Notes: a model not told the origin generated them from the sequence alone. 32,047 bases of DNA from Candidatus Woesearchaeota archaeon (GCA_016185815.1 JACPMT010000040.1:1-32047); one strand, 5' to 3'. Shown: positions 8,515-16,805, counted from the stretch's first letter. Numbers and translations are program-made.

Positions 8515-10923
8515 ATGAAACTAATCGCGGACCTGCAGATTCATTCACGCTTTTCAAGAGCTACAAGCTCAAGCTTGAATCTCCCAAATCTTGAAAAATA
8601 TGCGAAGCTAAAGGGGCTTAATCTTCTCGGAACAGGCGACTTTACCCATCCAAAATGGCTTGCTGAATTAAAAAATGAATTAAAAGAAGATGGCTCCGGG
8701 ATTTTGGCATCAAAATCCGGATTTCATTTTGTCTTGCAGGGGGAAATATCCAACATTTACACACAGGATGGAAAAGGAAGAAGAATTCATAACTTATTAC
8801 TTGCAAGAAATTTTGAGGTTGTTGAGCAGATAAATTCCGCATTGCTGAAAAAAGGCAGGCTTGATTATGACGGCAGGCCCATTTTCGGCTTTTCATGCAT
8901 TGAGTTAGTGGAAATGATGAAGGAAATTGACGATGAAATTGAAATCATTCCGGCGCATTGTCTACTACCTGGAACCATTATTCATTCTAATCCTAAACTT
9001 ATGCCTATAGAACACTTAAAAAATGGTGATAAAGTTCTTACTCATAAAAGTAAATATAGAAAAGTAAAGGCTATTCATAATAGGCACTACAAGGGTGATA
9101 TTTACCATATAAAACCTAGGTATTTTAGTTTAGGCTTAAACACAACTGAAGAACATCCTTTTTTTGCTATAAAAACTTTAAAAGATTGTTCGTGGACAAG
9201 CGGAATATGTAAGCCTACATATCCCCATATCAAACGTTGTGTTACAAATGCATATCAAAAATATGAACCAAGATGGATTCAAGCTAAAAATCTAGAAGTA
9301 GGTGATGTTTTACTTTACCCAAGACTAACATCTACTAAAGATGTAAAATATGTAAAGATTGGTAATGATAATGTTAGAGTTGATGAAAAATTCTGTAGAT
9401 TAATTGGTTACTACTTGGCTGAAGGATACACCAATGGACGCGACTGCATAGGATTTAGCTTTAATAAGGAAGAGACTCAATTTTTAAATGACGTCAGATA
9501 TTTAATTTCAGAGGTATTAAAATATAAATCAAAAGAAGGAAAAACCTTTGGCGATATATTAGTATACTCGAATAGGATACGTTTATTCTTTGAGGAAAAC
9601 TTTTATTGTGATAATCAAAAGAGAGCAAGTTCAAAATCCATGCCTTATTGGATGTTGAAGCTACCACTGAAAAAACAAGTTGAAATCTTAAAGGGTTGGT
9701 GGTATGGTGACAGGGGTAGCACATCTTCAAGAACATTAATGAACCAATTTAAGATTATCTGTTTAAGGCTTGGAGTTGTACCATCTATAAGAGTGGATAC
9801 TAAAGATTCACATATATTACGTGGAAAACATATACTTAAAAATAGAATAATAACAGCACAAAGTGATAATTATATTTTAGATAGACTAACTTTCTTTGAG
9901 GATAAATTCAATTTATTAAAAAATGAATATTTTAGAATATGCAAGCCTAAAAAAGAAATGAAATATGGTTGGATTGATAACAAGTATGTATATCTTCCAA
10001 TATTTAAAATAATCAAAAAGCATTATGAAGGTTATGTTTATAATCTCGAAGTGGAAGAGGACAACTCCTATGTTGCAGAATTTGCTGCTATCCATAATTG
10101 CTGGACGCCTTGGTACGGAATTTTCGGCAGCATGTCAGGATTTGACAGTGTTGAGGAATGCTTTAAGGAAAAGTCAAAGCATATTTACGCAATTGAAACC
10201 GGCTTAAGCTCCGACCCTGCAATGAACTGGCGCCTTTCAAAGCTCGACAAATATACTTTGCTGAGCAGCTCTGACGCCCATTCATTCTGGCCATGGCGCC
10301 TGGGAAGGGAAGCAAATGTTTTTGACATGGATTGGAGCTACGATGATTTACTGCAAGCAATAAGGAAGAGAAAAGGATTTGTCGAGACAATTGAGATGTG
10401 GCCTCATGAAGGAAAATACCATTACACAGGGCACAGGAACTGCAATGTCTGTTTAAGCCCGAAAGAATCCATTGAATTAAAAAATATATGCCCAAAGTGC
10501 AGAACCCCCCTTACTGTTGGGGTTGCCCAAAGGGTTGAAATGCTTGCAGACAGGGAAGAGGGATTTGTCCCTGAAAATGCAGTTCCATTCAAGAATTTAA
10601 TACCTTTGTCCGAGGTTATTGCAGGCACAACAGGGCATGCAGTAAGCTCAAAGCAAGTTTGGGAAGAATATTACAAATTAATCAATGAATTTGGAAATGA
10701 ATTTAACATTTTGTTGGAAGCAGAAGAAACAAACTTGAAAAAAATAACTTCTGAGAAGATTGCAAATAACATTATAAAAAACAGAAACCAGAAAATTCCA
10801 TTCAAGCCGGGATATGACGGGGTTTATGGGGTGCCGATTTTTAATGATAAATACGCGATAAAAATTAAAGAACAAAATAATGAATTAAAAATCAAACAAA
10901 AAGGGCTGGACGAGTTTATGTAA
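8515..10923 (+). CDS. PHP-domain endonuclease-Q-like protein (TIGR00375-type) interrupted by an intein
   Basis: N-terminal PHP motif DLQIHSRFSRATS..GTGDFTHP. Extein junction IIPAH|CWTPW. C-terminal Cys cluster CNVC..CPKC. The extein is 422 aa after removing 380 aa. Confidence 0.7.
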   Translation: MKLIADLQIHSRFSRATSSSLNLPNLEKYAKLKGLNLLGTGDFTHPKWLAELKNELKEDGSGILASKSGFHFVLQGEISNIYTQDGKGRRIHNLLLARNFEVVEQINSALLKKGRLDYDGRPIFGFSCIELVEMMKEIDDEIEIIPAHCLLPGTIIHSNPKLMPIEHLKNGDKVLTHKSKYRKVKAIHNRHYKGDIYHIKPRYFSLGLNTTEEHPFFAIKTLKDCSWTSGICKPTYPHIKRCVTNAYQKYEPRWIQAKNLEVGDVLLYPRLTSTKDVKYVKIGNDNVRVDEKFCRLIGYYLAEGYTNGRDCIGFSFNKEETQFLNDVRYLISEVLKYKSKEGKTFGDILVYSNRIRLFFEENFYCDNQKRASSKSMPYWMLKLPLKKQVEILKGWWYGDRGSTSSRTLMNQFKIICLRLGVVPSIRVDTKDSHILRGKHILKNRIITAQSDNYILDRLTFFEDKFNLLKNEYFRICKPKKEMKYGWIDNKYVYLPIFKIIKKHYEGYVYNLEVEEDNSYVAEFAAIHNCWTPWYGIFGSMSGFDSVEECFKEKSKHIYAIETGLSSDPAMNWRLSKLDKYTLLSSSDAHSFWPWRLGREANVFDMDWSYDDLLQAIRKRKGFVETIEMWPHEGKYHYTGHRNCNVCLSPKESIELKNICPKCRTPLTVGVAQRVEMLADREEGFVPENAVPFKNLIPLSEVIAGTTGHAVSSKQVWEEYYKLINEFGNEFNILLEAEETNLKKITSEKIANNIIKNRNQKIPFKPGYDGVYGVPIFNDKYAIKIKEQNNELKIKQKGLDEFM
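8959..10098 (+). mobile_element. Intein (380 aa) with a LAGLIDADG homing-endonuclease domain
   Basis: Block A is CLLPGT (Cys1 at 8959) and block B is NTTEEHPFF. There are two LAGLIDADG motifs (LIGYYLAEGYTNG and ILKGWWYGDRGS). Blocks F/G are VYNLEVEEDNSYVAEFAAIHN, followed by the +1 Cys (10099). Confidence 0.85.
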
Positions 10924-10963
10924 TATATCCCCGCGGCCGGATTTGAACCAGCGACCTCCCGGG

Positions 10964-11040
10964 AACGACTGATTCTAGTTCATCCCTAGCTTATTGCTTA
11001 TGGTCTTAGAACGCATCTATGGCCAAACTTCTATTAAGTT
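10964..11040 (-). other. tRNA intron 2 (~77 nt) at or near the canonical 37/38 position
   Basis: Boundaries are inferred from the requirement for a 7-nt anticodon loop and the CUCGG/CCGGG stem. I could draw only a relaxed BHB (CUGU vs GUCG), so the exact ends are uncertain. Confidence 0.45.
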
Positions 11041-11059
11041 TCACAGCCGAGCGCTCCAT

Positions 11060-11093
11060 TCCCTAGCGAGCCAATTTTTTAAAATTGGCAGCT
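11060..11093 (-). other. tRNA intron 1 (34 nt) in the D-loop with a complete hBHBh' motif
   Basis: Central helix CCUG (11099-11096) pairs with UAGG (11065-11062). Both 3-nt bulges read GA|A. Inner helix is GC:GC plus the 9-bp hairpin GCCAAUUUU/AAAAUUGGC. The outer helix is the D-stem. Confidence 0.6.
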
Positions 11094-11165
11094 TCCAGGT
11101 TGAGCTACGCGGGGAATATAAGACTAAATTAAATCTTGATTTATAAATATTGTGCAAAATAAATA

Positions 11166-11270
11166 GGCGGGCCTGAGCGATGTGGAAAAACAGCAGTGAC
11201 ATAAGCGAGCGAAAGCGAGCTTTCGCAGGTCACTCGAGTGCTAACGTTGCAAAGCAGATTGAACAATTAA
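11166..11270. ncRNA. GC-rich structured intergenic element E1 (candidate small RNA or 3'-end element)
   Basis: Roughly 55% GC island in AT-rich spacer. Nested helices AGCA/UGCU, GUGAC (11196-11200)/GUCAC (11229-11233) and GCGAAAGC (11209-11216)/GCUUUCGC (11219-11226). The 3' part is ~80% identical to 16689-16728. The palindromic TATA TTTATAAA at 11140-11147 could drive it on the + strand. Confidence 0.3.
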
Positions 11271-11324
11271 AAATTTAATTATAAAATTTTATCCAAATAT
11301 CAACCAAGAAATGAAAAATATCCT

Positions 11325-11606
11325 TTACCTGTTTTTGCTTAATGTTATCTCGATTGTTGAAACCCTTATGTCCCTTCCCTCATCGCTCCTGAAGCCTTCC
11401 GAGTCAATCCTTATGCCTTTGACAGCAACCGCATTGTCCAGAAATCTTTTTGCAGCCACCTCGGCAACATCCACAGCCCTTGATATGAACTTGCCCCTTG
11501 CCTTTATTATGACGTCGTCTGCATTCTTGGTTGTGAACTGCATAACAACTCCTGTAACATAGTTCATGAACGGCTTTCCGCCTATGAAAATGCTGTTGTC
11601 GTTCAT
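11325..11606 (-). CDS. albA: Alba chromatin / RNA-binding protein
   Basis: IFIGGKPFMNYVTGVVMQF..IIKARGKFISRAVDVAEV..RVSTIEITLSK is a clear Alba signature. Start placed at ATG 11606, preceded by GGAGG. ATG 11645 or TTG 11666 remain possible. Confidence 0.9.
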   Translation of the reverse strand: MNDNSIFIGGKPFMNYVTGVVMQFTTKNADDVIIKARGKFISRAVDVAEVAAKRFLDNAVAVKGIRIDSEGFRSDEGRDIRVSTIEITLSKNR

Positions 11607-11819
11607 TTTTCTGCCTCCCTCGCTATACTCTGTTATTGTAGACATTGAATAATCACTTGCCCCCAAATATAAACAATCTTGGCATAGATGTATTTAAATG
11701 TTTTGGAATTATAGCTCAAGAATTTCAGGTTTGATTCTATCAATGATAGGCTTTACTTTTTTTATCATATCTTTGGTAATTTCTGGGAATACCTTATAAA
11801 TAGGGACGAATTCATTATT

Positions 11820-13055
11820 TCATCCTTTAACAATCCTCGCCAGTATAACTTTCTTGCCCTGGACATCCTCCATTGTTGTCTTGTAGCCTTGGTGCTCTAT
11901 GACATCGCCGACCTTAGGCGCCCTTCCGAGCGTTGCAAGTATAAAGCTGTCCAAGTCGACAAAATCCGCCTCTTTCACAGACATGCCTGTCTTGTGGTTT
12001 AAGTCGCTTATTTCAGTTGAACCTTTTACAAGCCACTCGTTTTTTGAAACTTGCGCAATGTTCGGGTTTATCCTGTCGCTTTCGTCAATAATCTCTCCTA
12101 CAATCTCTTCCAGAATGTTTTCTATCGTGACAAGCCCGACAATATGGGCTTTTTCGTCAATCACAATTGCCATGTGCTCCTTCCTGCCCTGGAAAAGGCG
12201 GAGCATTGTGTCCATTTTCTTGCTTGCAAAGACAAAAAACGGCTTCCTCATGATTTGCCTTGCTTCCACGTCATATTTCCCGTCTTTCAGAAACTTGAGG
12301 GTGTCTTTCAGGTGCAAAATTCCCACAATATTCTCCTTATTTTTTTCATAAACAGGAATCCTCGAGTACATCTTTGCTGTTGGAAGCCGCAGCACATCCT
12401 TAATCTTCATGTCAGAGCTTACCATCACCATGCTTTTCTTTCTGGTCATCACATCGCCAACTGTCGTGTTCTCAAAGTCGAATATCCGGTTCACAAGCTT
12501 TTTCTCAATCTCTTTTAATGCGCCTTCCTCCTCGCTTGCCTTTACTATGCTTTTGAGCTCCTCCCTTGTTATTATTGGTATTTTTTTGGCGCCTATGATT
12601 TTATTCACAGCCTTGAGGAAATAATCGAGAAATTTTATGATGGGATAGATGGCTATGTTAAGGTTCCATATTACAGGAGCAACTATAGGCGCTAAAATCT
12701 CGTTGTTGTTTGTTCCGATTGACTTGGGCAATATATCCCCAAAAATCAGTATGAAGAATGTTGCAACTCCTGTCGCTATGCCTATAGCATTGTCATGGAA
12801 AACTTCTATTGCGATTGATGTGGCAAGCGCCGCCGCCGCTGTGTTCACCAGATTGTTCCCGATAAGAATCGTTGACAAAAGCACCTCGGGGTTGTCTTTC
12901 AGTTTTTTTACATACGCTGAGCCAAGCCTTTTCTTTTCAGCCCAGTGCCTTGCCTTGAATTTGCTTAATGATACTAATGCAGTTTCCGACATGGCAAAGA
13001 AAGCTGACAGTACTATCATGATAAAAAACAATATTGCTCTTGTGTGGAATGACAT
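11820..13055 (-). CDS. CNNM/CorC-HlyC family transporter (DUF21 + CBS pair + CorC_HlyC domain)
   Basis: N-terminal multi-TM DUF21 (..FAMSETALVSLS..GNNLVN..). Tandem CBS region (VGDVMTRKKSMVMV..IPVYEKNKENIVGILHLKD..MAIVIDEKAHIVGLVTIENILEEIVGEI). C-terminal transporter-associated domain. Confidence 0.85.
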   Translation of the reverse strand: MSFHTRAILFFIMIVLSAFFAMSETALVSLSKFKARHWAEKKRLGSAYVKKLKDNPEVLLSTILIGNNLVNTAAAALATSIAIEVFHDNAIGIATGVATFFILIFGDILPKSIGTNNNEILAPIVAPVIWNLNIAIYPIIKFLDYFLKAVNKIIGAKKIPIITREELKSIVKASEEEGALKEIEKKLVNRIFDFENTTVGDVMTRKKSMVMVSSDMKIKDVLRLPTAKMYSRIPVYEKNKENIVGILHLKDTLKFLKDGKYDVEARQIMRKPFFVFASKKMDTMLRLFQGRKEHMAIVIDEKAHIVGLVTIENILEEIVGEIIDESDRINPNIAQVSKNEWLVKGSTEISDLNHKTGMSVKEADFVDLDSFILATLGRAPKVGDVIEHQGYKTTMEDVQGKKVILARIVKG

Positions 13056-13085
13056 TTTATTTTTTAGGTTTTTTATTGCCGGCTC

Positions 13086-14747
13086 TTACATCCTCTCCAA
13101 AACGCCTATCCCGAGCAAACTTAGCCCGTTCCTTATCACTTGCCTTATAACGCTTATCAGTAATATTCTTGCATCTCTTGTGCTTTTGCCTGCCTTTAGG
13201 ATTTGATGGATGTGGTAGTATTCATTGAACTTCTGCGCCAATGAGTAAATGTGGGCTGCAATTAAGTGCGGCTTTAGCTCATTTGTGGATTTGTTCACAA
13301 TTTCCTGAAAATTTGACAACAAACTGATTAATTCAGCCTCTTCTTTCTCCTTTAACAACCTTAAATCCGCCTTTGGACTTATTTTTTTTGCCTTTTTCAA
13401 TATGCTGCTTATCCTTGCATAAGCGTATTGTATGTAAGGCGATGTTTCTCCTTCAAACGACAATGCCTGCTGCCAGTCAAACACCACATTCTTTTCAGGG
13501 CTCACTTTCAAAATGCCGTATTTCACAGCGCCGTAAGCAATGATTTTTGCAGCTTTATCGTTAATTTTATTGTATCTTTTTTTTAACTCATCTCTTGCTT
13601 TGCTGACTGCTTCCCTCATAAATTCTTCCAACAGCACAAGGTTGCCTTTCCTTGTTGACATCTTGCCATCCTGCAATAAAACAAAAGAGTAGTGGACAAC
13701 CCTTGGCTGCTTCAGCTCAAGCTCCTTGAGCGCTGCATTAATCTGCTCCTGGTACAGTTTTTGGTCCTCGCCTAAAATCACTATGTTCTCCCCTTTCTCG
13801 ATTTTTTCAATGCTGTATGCAATGTCCCTTAAAGGATAAAGCGAGGTTCCGTCATTCCTTGTTAAAACCAGAACAGGCACTTTCATTCCAAGCTCGTACC
13901 CTTTTTGGTCCAGAACCCATCTGTTGAAGCCGTCAATGAACAATTTTCCTGTTTTTTCCAATCGCTTCAGGGTTTCATCAGTTTTTTTGCTCCACAGGTA
14001 TTCTGATTCGTAATCAAAAACGTCGTACTTTATGCCCAGCTCAGAAAGGATTTCTAACTGCCCCTTGACGCAGATTTTTACAATTTTTTCAAATTTGTTT
14101 TTTGTTGTTTTGTCGCCCTTTTCCAGCTTGTTCAGCAATTCCAAAACTTGCTTTTCCAATTCAGGATTTTCCTCAATCTTTTTATTTATTTCAATGTAGA
14201 TTCTCAACAAGTCATCAAATCCAACATTTTTCTTTCCTTCTGCACCAAGAACAAGCATTGCAATCTGCTTGCCGACATCATTTACAAAATAATGCGTCTC
14301 GACTTTGTAGCCCTGAAATTTAAGGATTCTGACAATTGCATCACCAATCAATGCATTTCTTGCCCTGCCGACATGGGGGGATGCGTTTGGGTTTATGCTT
14401 GTGTGCTCAACTAAAACTTTTTTATTTTTCCCTATATTTGATGAGCCGTATTTGTCCTTTTGCTTCAGGATTTGTTTTATTGCGGATTCTGCAATTTTCT
14501 TTTTATTAATAAAAAAATTCAGGTACGGACCGATAACTTTGGCTTCTGCAATCACATTATTCGGCTTAAACTTCCTGCTTAATTCTAGAGCTATTTCATT
14601 TGGCGACTTCTTCCATTCCTTTGCAAGGATAAAACACGGAAACGCATAGTCGCCCATTTCAGGGCTTGGAGGAACTTCTAAATCTATGTTTTCAAGATTT
14701 GTCTCTTTTTTTAGGAAGTTTATGATTGCCTCTTTAAATTCATCCAT
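13086..14747 (-). CDS. argS: Arginyl-tRNA synthetase
   Basis: N-terminal Arg_tRNA_synt_N region. HIGH-type motif SINPNASPHVGRARNA. MSTRKG (KMSKS-type). DALR anticodon-binding C-terminus ending in M. Confidence 0.95.
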   Translation of the reverse strand: MDEFKEAIINFLKKETNLENIDLEVPPSPEMGDYAFPCFILAKEWKKSPNEIALELSRKFKPNNVIAEAKVIGPYLNFFINKKKIAESAIKQILKQKDKYGSSNIGKNKKVLVEHTSINPNASPHVGRARNALIGDAIVRILKFQGYKVETHYFVNDVGKQIAMLVLGAEGKKNVGFDDLLRIYIEINKKIEENPELEKQVLELLNKLEKGDKTTKNKFEKIVKICVKGQLEILSELGIKYDVFDYESEYLWSKKTDETLKRLEKTGKLFIDGFNRWVLDQKGYELGMKVPVLVLTRNDGTSLYPLRDIAYSIEKIEKGENIVILGEDQKLYQEQINAALKELELKQPRVVHYSFVLLQDGKMSTRKGNLVLLEEFMREAVSKARDELKKRYNKINDKAAKIIAYGAVKYGILKVSPEKNVVFDWQQALSFEGETSPYIQYAYARISSILKKAKKISPKADLRLLKEKEEAELISLLSNFQEIVNKSTNELKPHLIAAHIYSLAQKFNEYYHIHQILKAGKSTRDARILLISVIRQVIRNGLSLLGIGVLERM

Positions 14748-14788
14748 AAAAATTCATTAGAAATGGTATGATTTAAAGGTTTTGGTGG

Positions 14789-15850
14789 TTAAAGCGATGC
14801 AAGTGCCTTGGTTGATATGCCAGCTACTTTCCTTTTGACAAGTTCTACTTGATTTCCAGATGTTGCGTGCTTTAATATGTAAGATTCCGTTGCGCTTGCA
14901 AATTCCCCGAGAATCTCTTCCACGTATTGCCGGTTTTTACTTGCCAGCACTGCAATAGCCTCTTTTAGCAGCATTTCCTTGCGCTCTTCTGTCACATCAA
15001 AAATCTTGCTTTTTGCGTATTCAAGTCCTTTACCTTTTAAATCAGCAGATAAAAAAGCAAGGTATGTCAAAAGCTGAACCTGTCTTGGAACAAAAGTGAC
15101 ATACCCATTGCGTGAAAATTTAGCGAATAACCGTTCCATAGGACCTTGTTTCCTTGGTTTTACGCCAAGAGAATAGTAACCAAGCATTGCTGACAAAGGA
15201 CATTCCCCATCTTTTTCTCTAACGAGACTGGGAAATTTGGCAAACATATGGGATAATTCAAGGTGCTCATTTGCATATGGTATGAATTCGTCGCTTCCGA
15301 AACAGGAATGCCCGAGGTCGTGGACAAGTATCCTTAATGCTTCGGCAGGTTTGCTGTCCGCATCAATATAAACCCTGTTTGCATTTCCCAAATCATTCTC
15401 ATTATGGTATGCGCCATCCATGCCCATTTTGCTAAGCCCTTTTATTACTGCTACCTCCAAAGGCTTTTTTGATCCATAAGATTTTCTCATGTGTTCCGGG
15501 TAGCTCATTCCACAGAGCAAATGATGCACATAATTTGCAATATCAACAAAGGCAGGGACATAAGCAGCTGTTCCTGCTGGTGCACCGGATTTAAGGGCAT
15601 CCACCAGTTGCCCTATATCAACAGGCCTGACAGAATAAGGCACGGCATGCACCTGCAAAATCTCATTGTTTGGGAATATAATATCACCAGAACGTTTCGT
15701 TTCTGCACTAGCCCGACTGGCGAGCAATGCATGCGATGATGCGCCTGCGACTAGCCATAGCAGATCCCTGCGACTAAGTTTGTGTTGGCTTAATCCCATA
15801 AGAGCCCAGAGCAAGTGATGGTGTATATAAAATTTTCTGAGTGTTATCAC
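14789..15850 (-). CDS. Hypothetical secreted protein with a twin-arginine-like signal (..SRRDLLWLVAGASSHALLASRASA)
   Basis: The ORF looks more GC-rich than its neighbours. It has an RR-motif signal peptide and an HDLGH segment. I recognise no family. Confidence 0.5.
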   Translation of the reverse strand: MITLRKFYIHHHLLWALMGLSQHKLSRRDLLWLVAGASSHALLASRASAETKRSGDIIFPNNEILQVHAVPYSVRPVDIGQLVDALKSGAPAGTAAYVPAFVDIANYVHHLLCGMSYPEHMRKSYGSKKPLEVAVIKGLSKMGMDGAYHNENDLGNANRVYIDADSKPAEALRILVHDLGHSCFGSDEFIPYANEHLELSHMFAKFPSLVREKDGECPLSAMLGYYSLGVKPRKQGPMERLFAKFSRNGYVTFVPRQVQLLTYLAFLSADLKGKGLEYAKSKIFDVTEERKEMLLKEAIAVLASKNRQYVEEILGEFASATESYILKHATSGNQVELVKRKVAGISTKALASL

Positions 15851-15867
15851 TATTAAGAACTAAAATA

Positions 15868-16473
15868 CTAATTTCTAATCAAATCAACCAAATCCCTTAT
15901 TTTTATTATCTTCAAATTCCATCTTTTAGCCATTCTTTTCAGTTCAGGCATCTTTGCCATTTTCCCGTTTTCTCCAATAATCTCGCAGATTACGGCAGCT
16001 GGATAAAGCTTGGACAATTTGCATAGTTCAATTGCTGCTTCTGTATGTCCTGGTCTTTTTTTAAGTCCGTTAGTGTCGCGTCTTAATGGGAACACGTGCC
16101 CGGGCCTTGCCAAATCGCTTGGCTTTGTTTTTTTGTTTATCAACGCTTTGATTGTTTTTGCCCTGTCAAAAGCAGAGATGCCTGTTGTTGTGCCTTTTTT
16201 CGCATCAGCAGAAATTGTGAAGGCGCATTTTGTGAATTCTGTGTTTATCTTTGTCATTAATGGCAGCTTTAATTCATCAAGCCTTTTGCCAAGCATAGGA
16301 ATGCAAACTAATCCTCTGGCATTCCTTATCATGAAATTTATTTTTTCCGGAGAAACTTTTTCAGCAGCAAGAACTAAGTCAGCTTCGTTTTCGCGATGCC
16401 TGCCATCAACAACAATCACAAACTTTCCTTTTTTGAAGCCATTGATTGCATCTTTAACTTTGGAGAAAATCAT
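15868..16473 (-). CDS. ribB: 3,4-dihydroxy-2-butanone-4-phosphate synthase
   Basis: From ATG 16473: MIFSKVKDAINGFKKGKFVIVVDGRHRENEADLVLAAEKVSPEKINFMIRNARGLVC..RPGHVFPL..RPGHTEA. The 71-codon TTG-initiated extension in the track has no homology and overlaps structured RNA. Confidence 0.85.
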   Translation of the reverse strand: MIFSKVKDAINGFKKGKFVIVVDGRHRENEADLVLAAEKVSPEKINFMIRNARGLVCIPMLGKRLDELKLPLMTKINTEFTKCAFTISADAKKGTTTGISAFDRAKTIKALINKKTKPSDLARPGHVFPLRRDTNGLKKRPGHTEAAIELCKLSKLYPAAVICEIIGENGKMAKMPELKRMAKRWNLKIIKIRDLVDLIRN

Positions 16474-16805
16474 TTTATTGTGTTTTATTTTGTTGACGAA
16501 TATTTCAATCCGTCGCTTCGCGACAAAATTTACACTCGGCAAAAATTTTTCCTGCCAATAAATTTTTGCCTCGAATTTATTCAATAATATTGAATAAATT
16601 GGCGAGGTTTTGCGATGTGTCGATAAATCCTTTGGATTTTCGATCATGCTCAAAAATCTTTGATTTTTGACATGGCAGGACAGCAAAACCGAGCACTAAA
16701 ATTGCGAAGCGGATTGACAATTAAAAATAAGTTAAAACATATTCATTTTGCCGAAGGCGGATTGAACTTGTATTAAATGACTTAATGCTATGCGTTCCAA
16801 CATTG
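16474..16805 (-). promoter_or_regulatory. Unusually long (332 nt) structured spacer between ribD and ribB
   Basis: Contains a 27-nt perfect palindrome (16574-16600) extended by CCTCG/CGAGG. Carries three copies of the hairpin+GGATTGA motif (16502-16524 on the opposite strand, 16704-16718, 16750-16767). Confidence 0.35.

Larger units (their letters stand above)
10928..11114 (-). tRNA. tRNA gene with two introns; apparent anticodon GUG (His), identity tentative
   Basis: Acceptor CCCCGCG/CGCGGGG with A73, D-stem GCUC/GAGC, anticodon stem CUCGG/CCGGG. Loop is CUGUGA..C, variable loop AGGUC, T-arm GCUGG-UUCAAAU-CCGGC. No encoded CCA. TATA TTTATAAA (11140-11147) lies 26 nt upstream. The locus is 187 nt and about 76 nt remain after intron removal. 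Confidence 0.8.

Noticed and set aside
16502-16767. The hairpin+GGATTGAA(A/C) modules resemble the 3' end (stem-loop plus ATTGAAAC/G handle) of many CRISPR repeats.
   Set aside because: There is no regular repeat-spacer periodicity, the copies differ in stem sequence and orientation, and no cas genes lie in the window. I kept them as an unexplained motif rather than calling a CRISPR array.
16474-16805. FMN riboswitch upstream of ribB.
   Set aside because: I could not find the conserved RFN core segments (for example AGGGCGG/CCGAC-type junction strands or GGAUUCAGUGAAA..CUGAAGCCGACAGU). Only a covariance-model scan can settle this.
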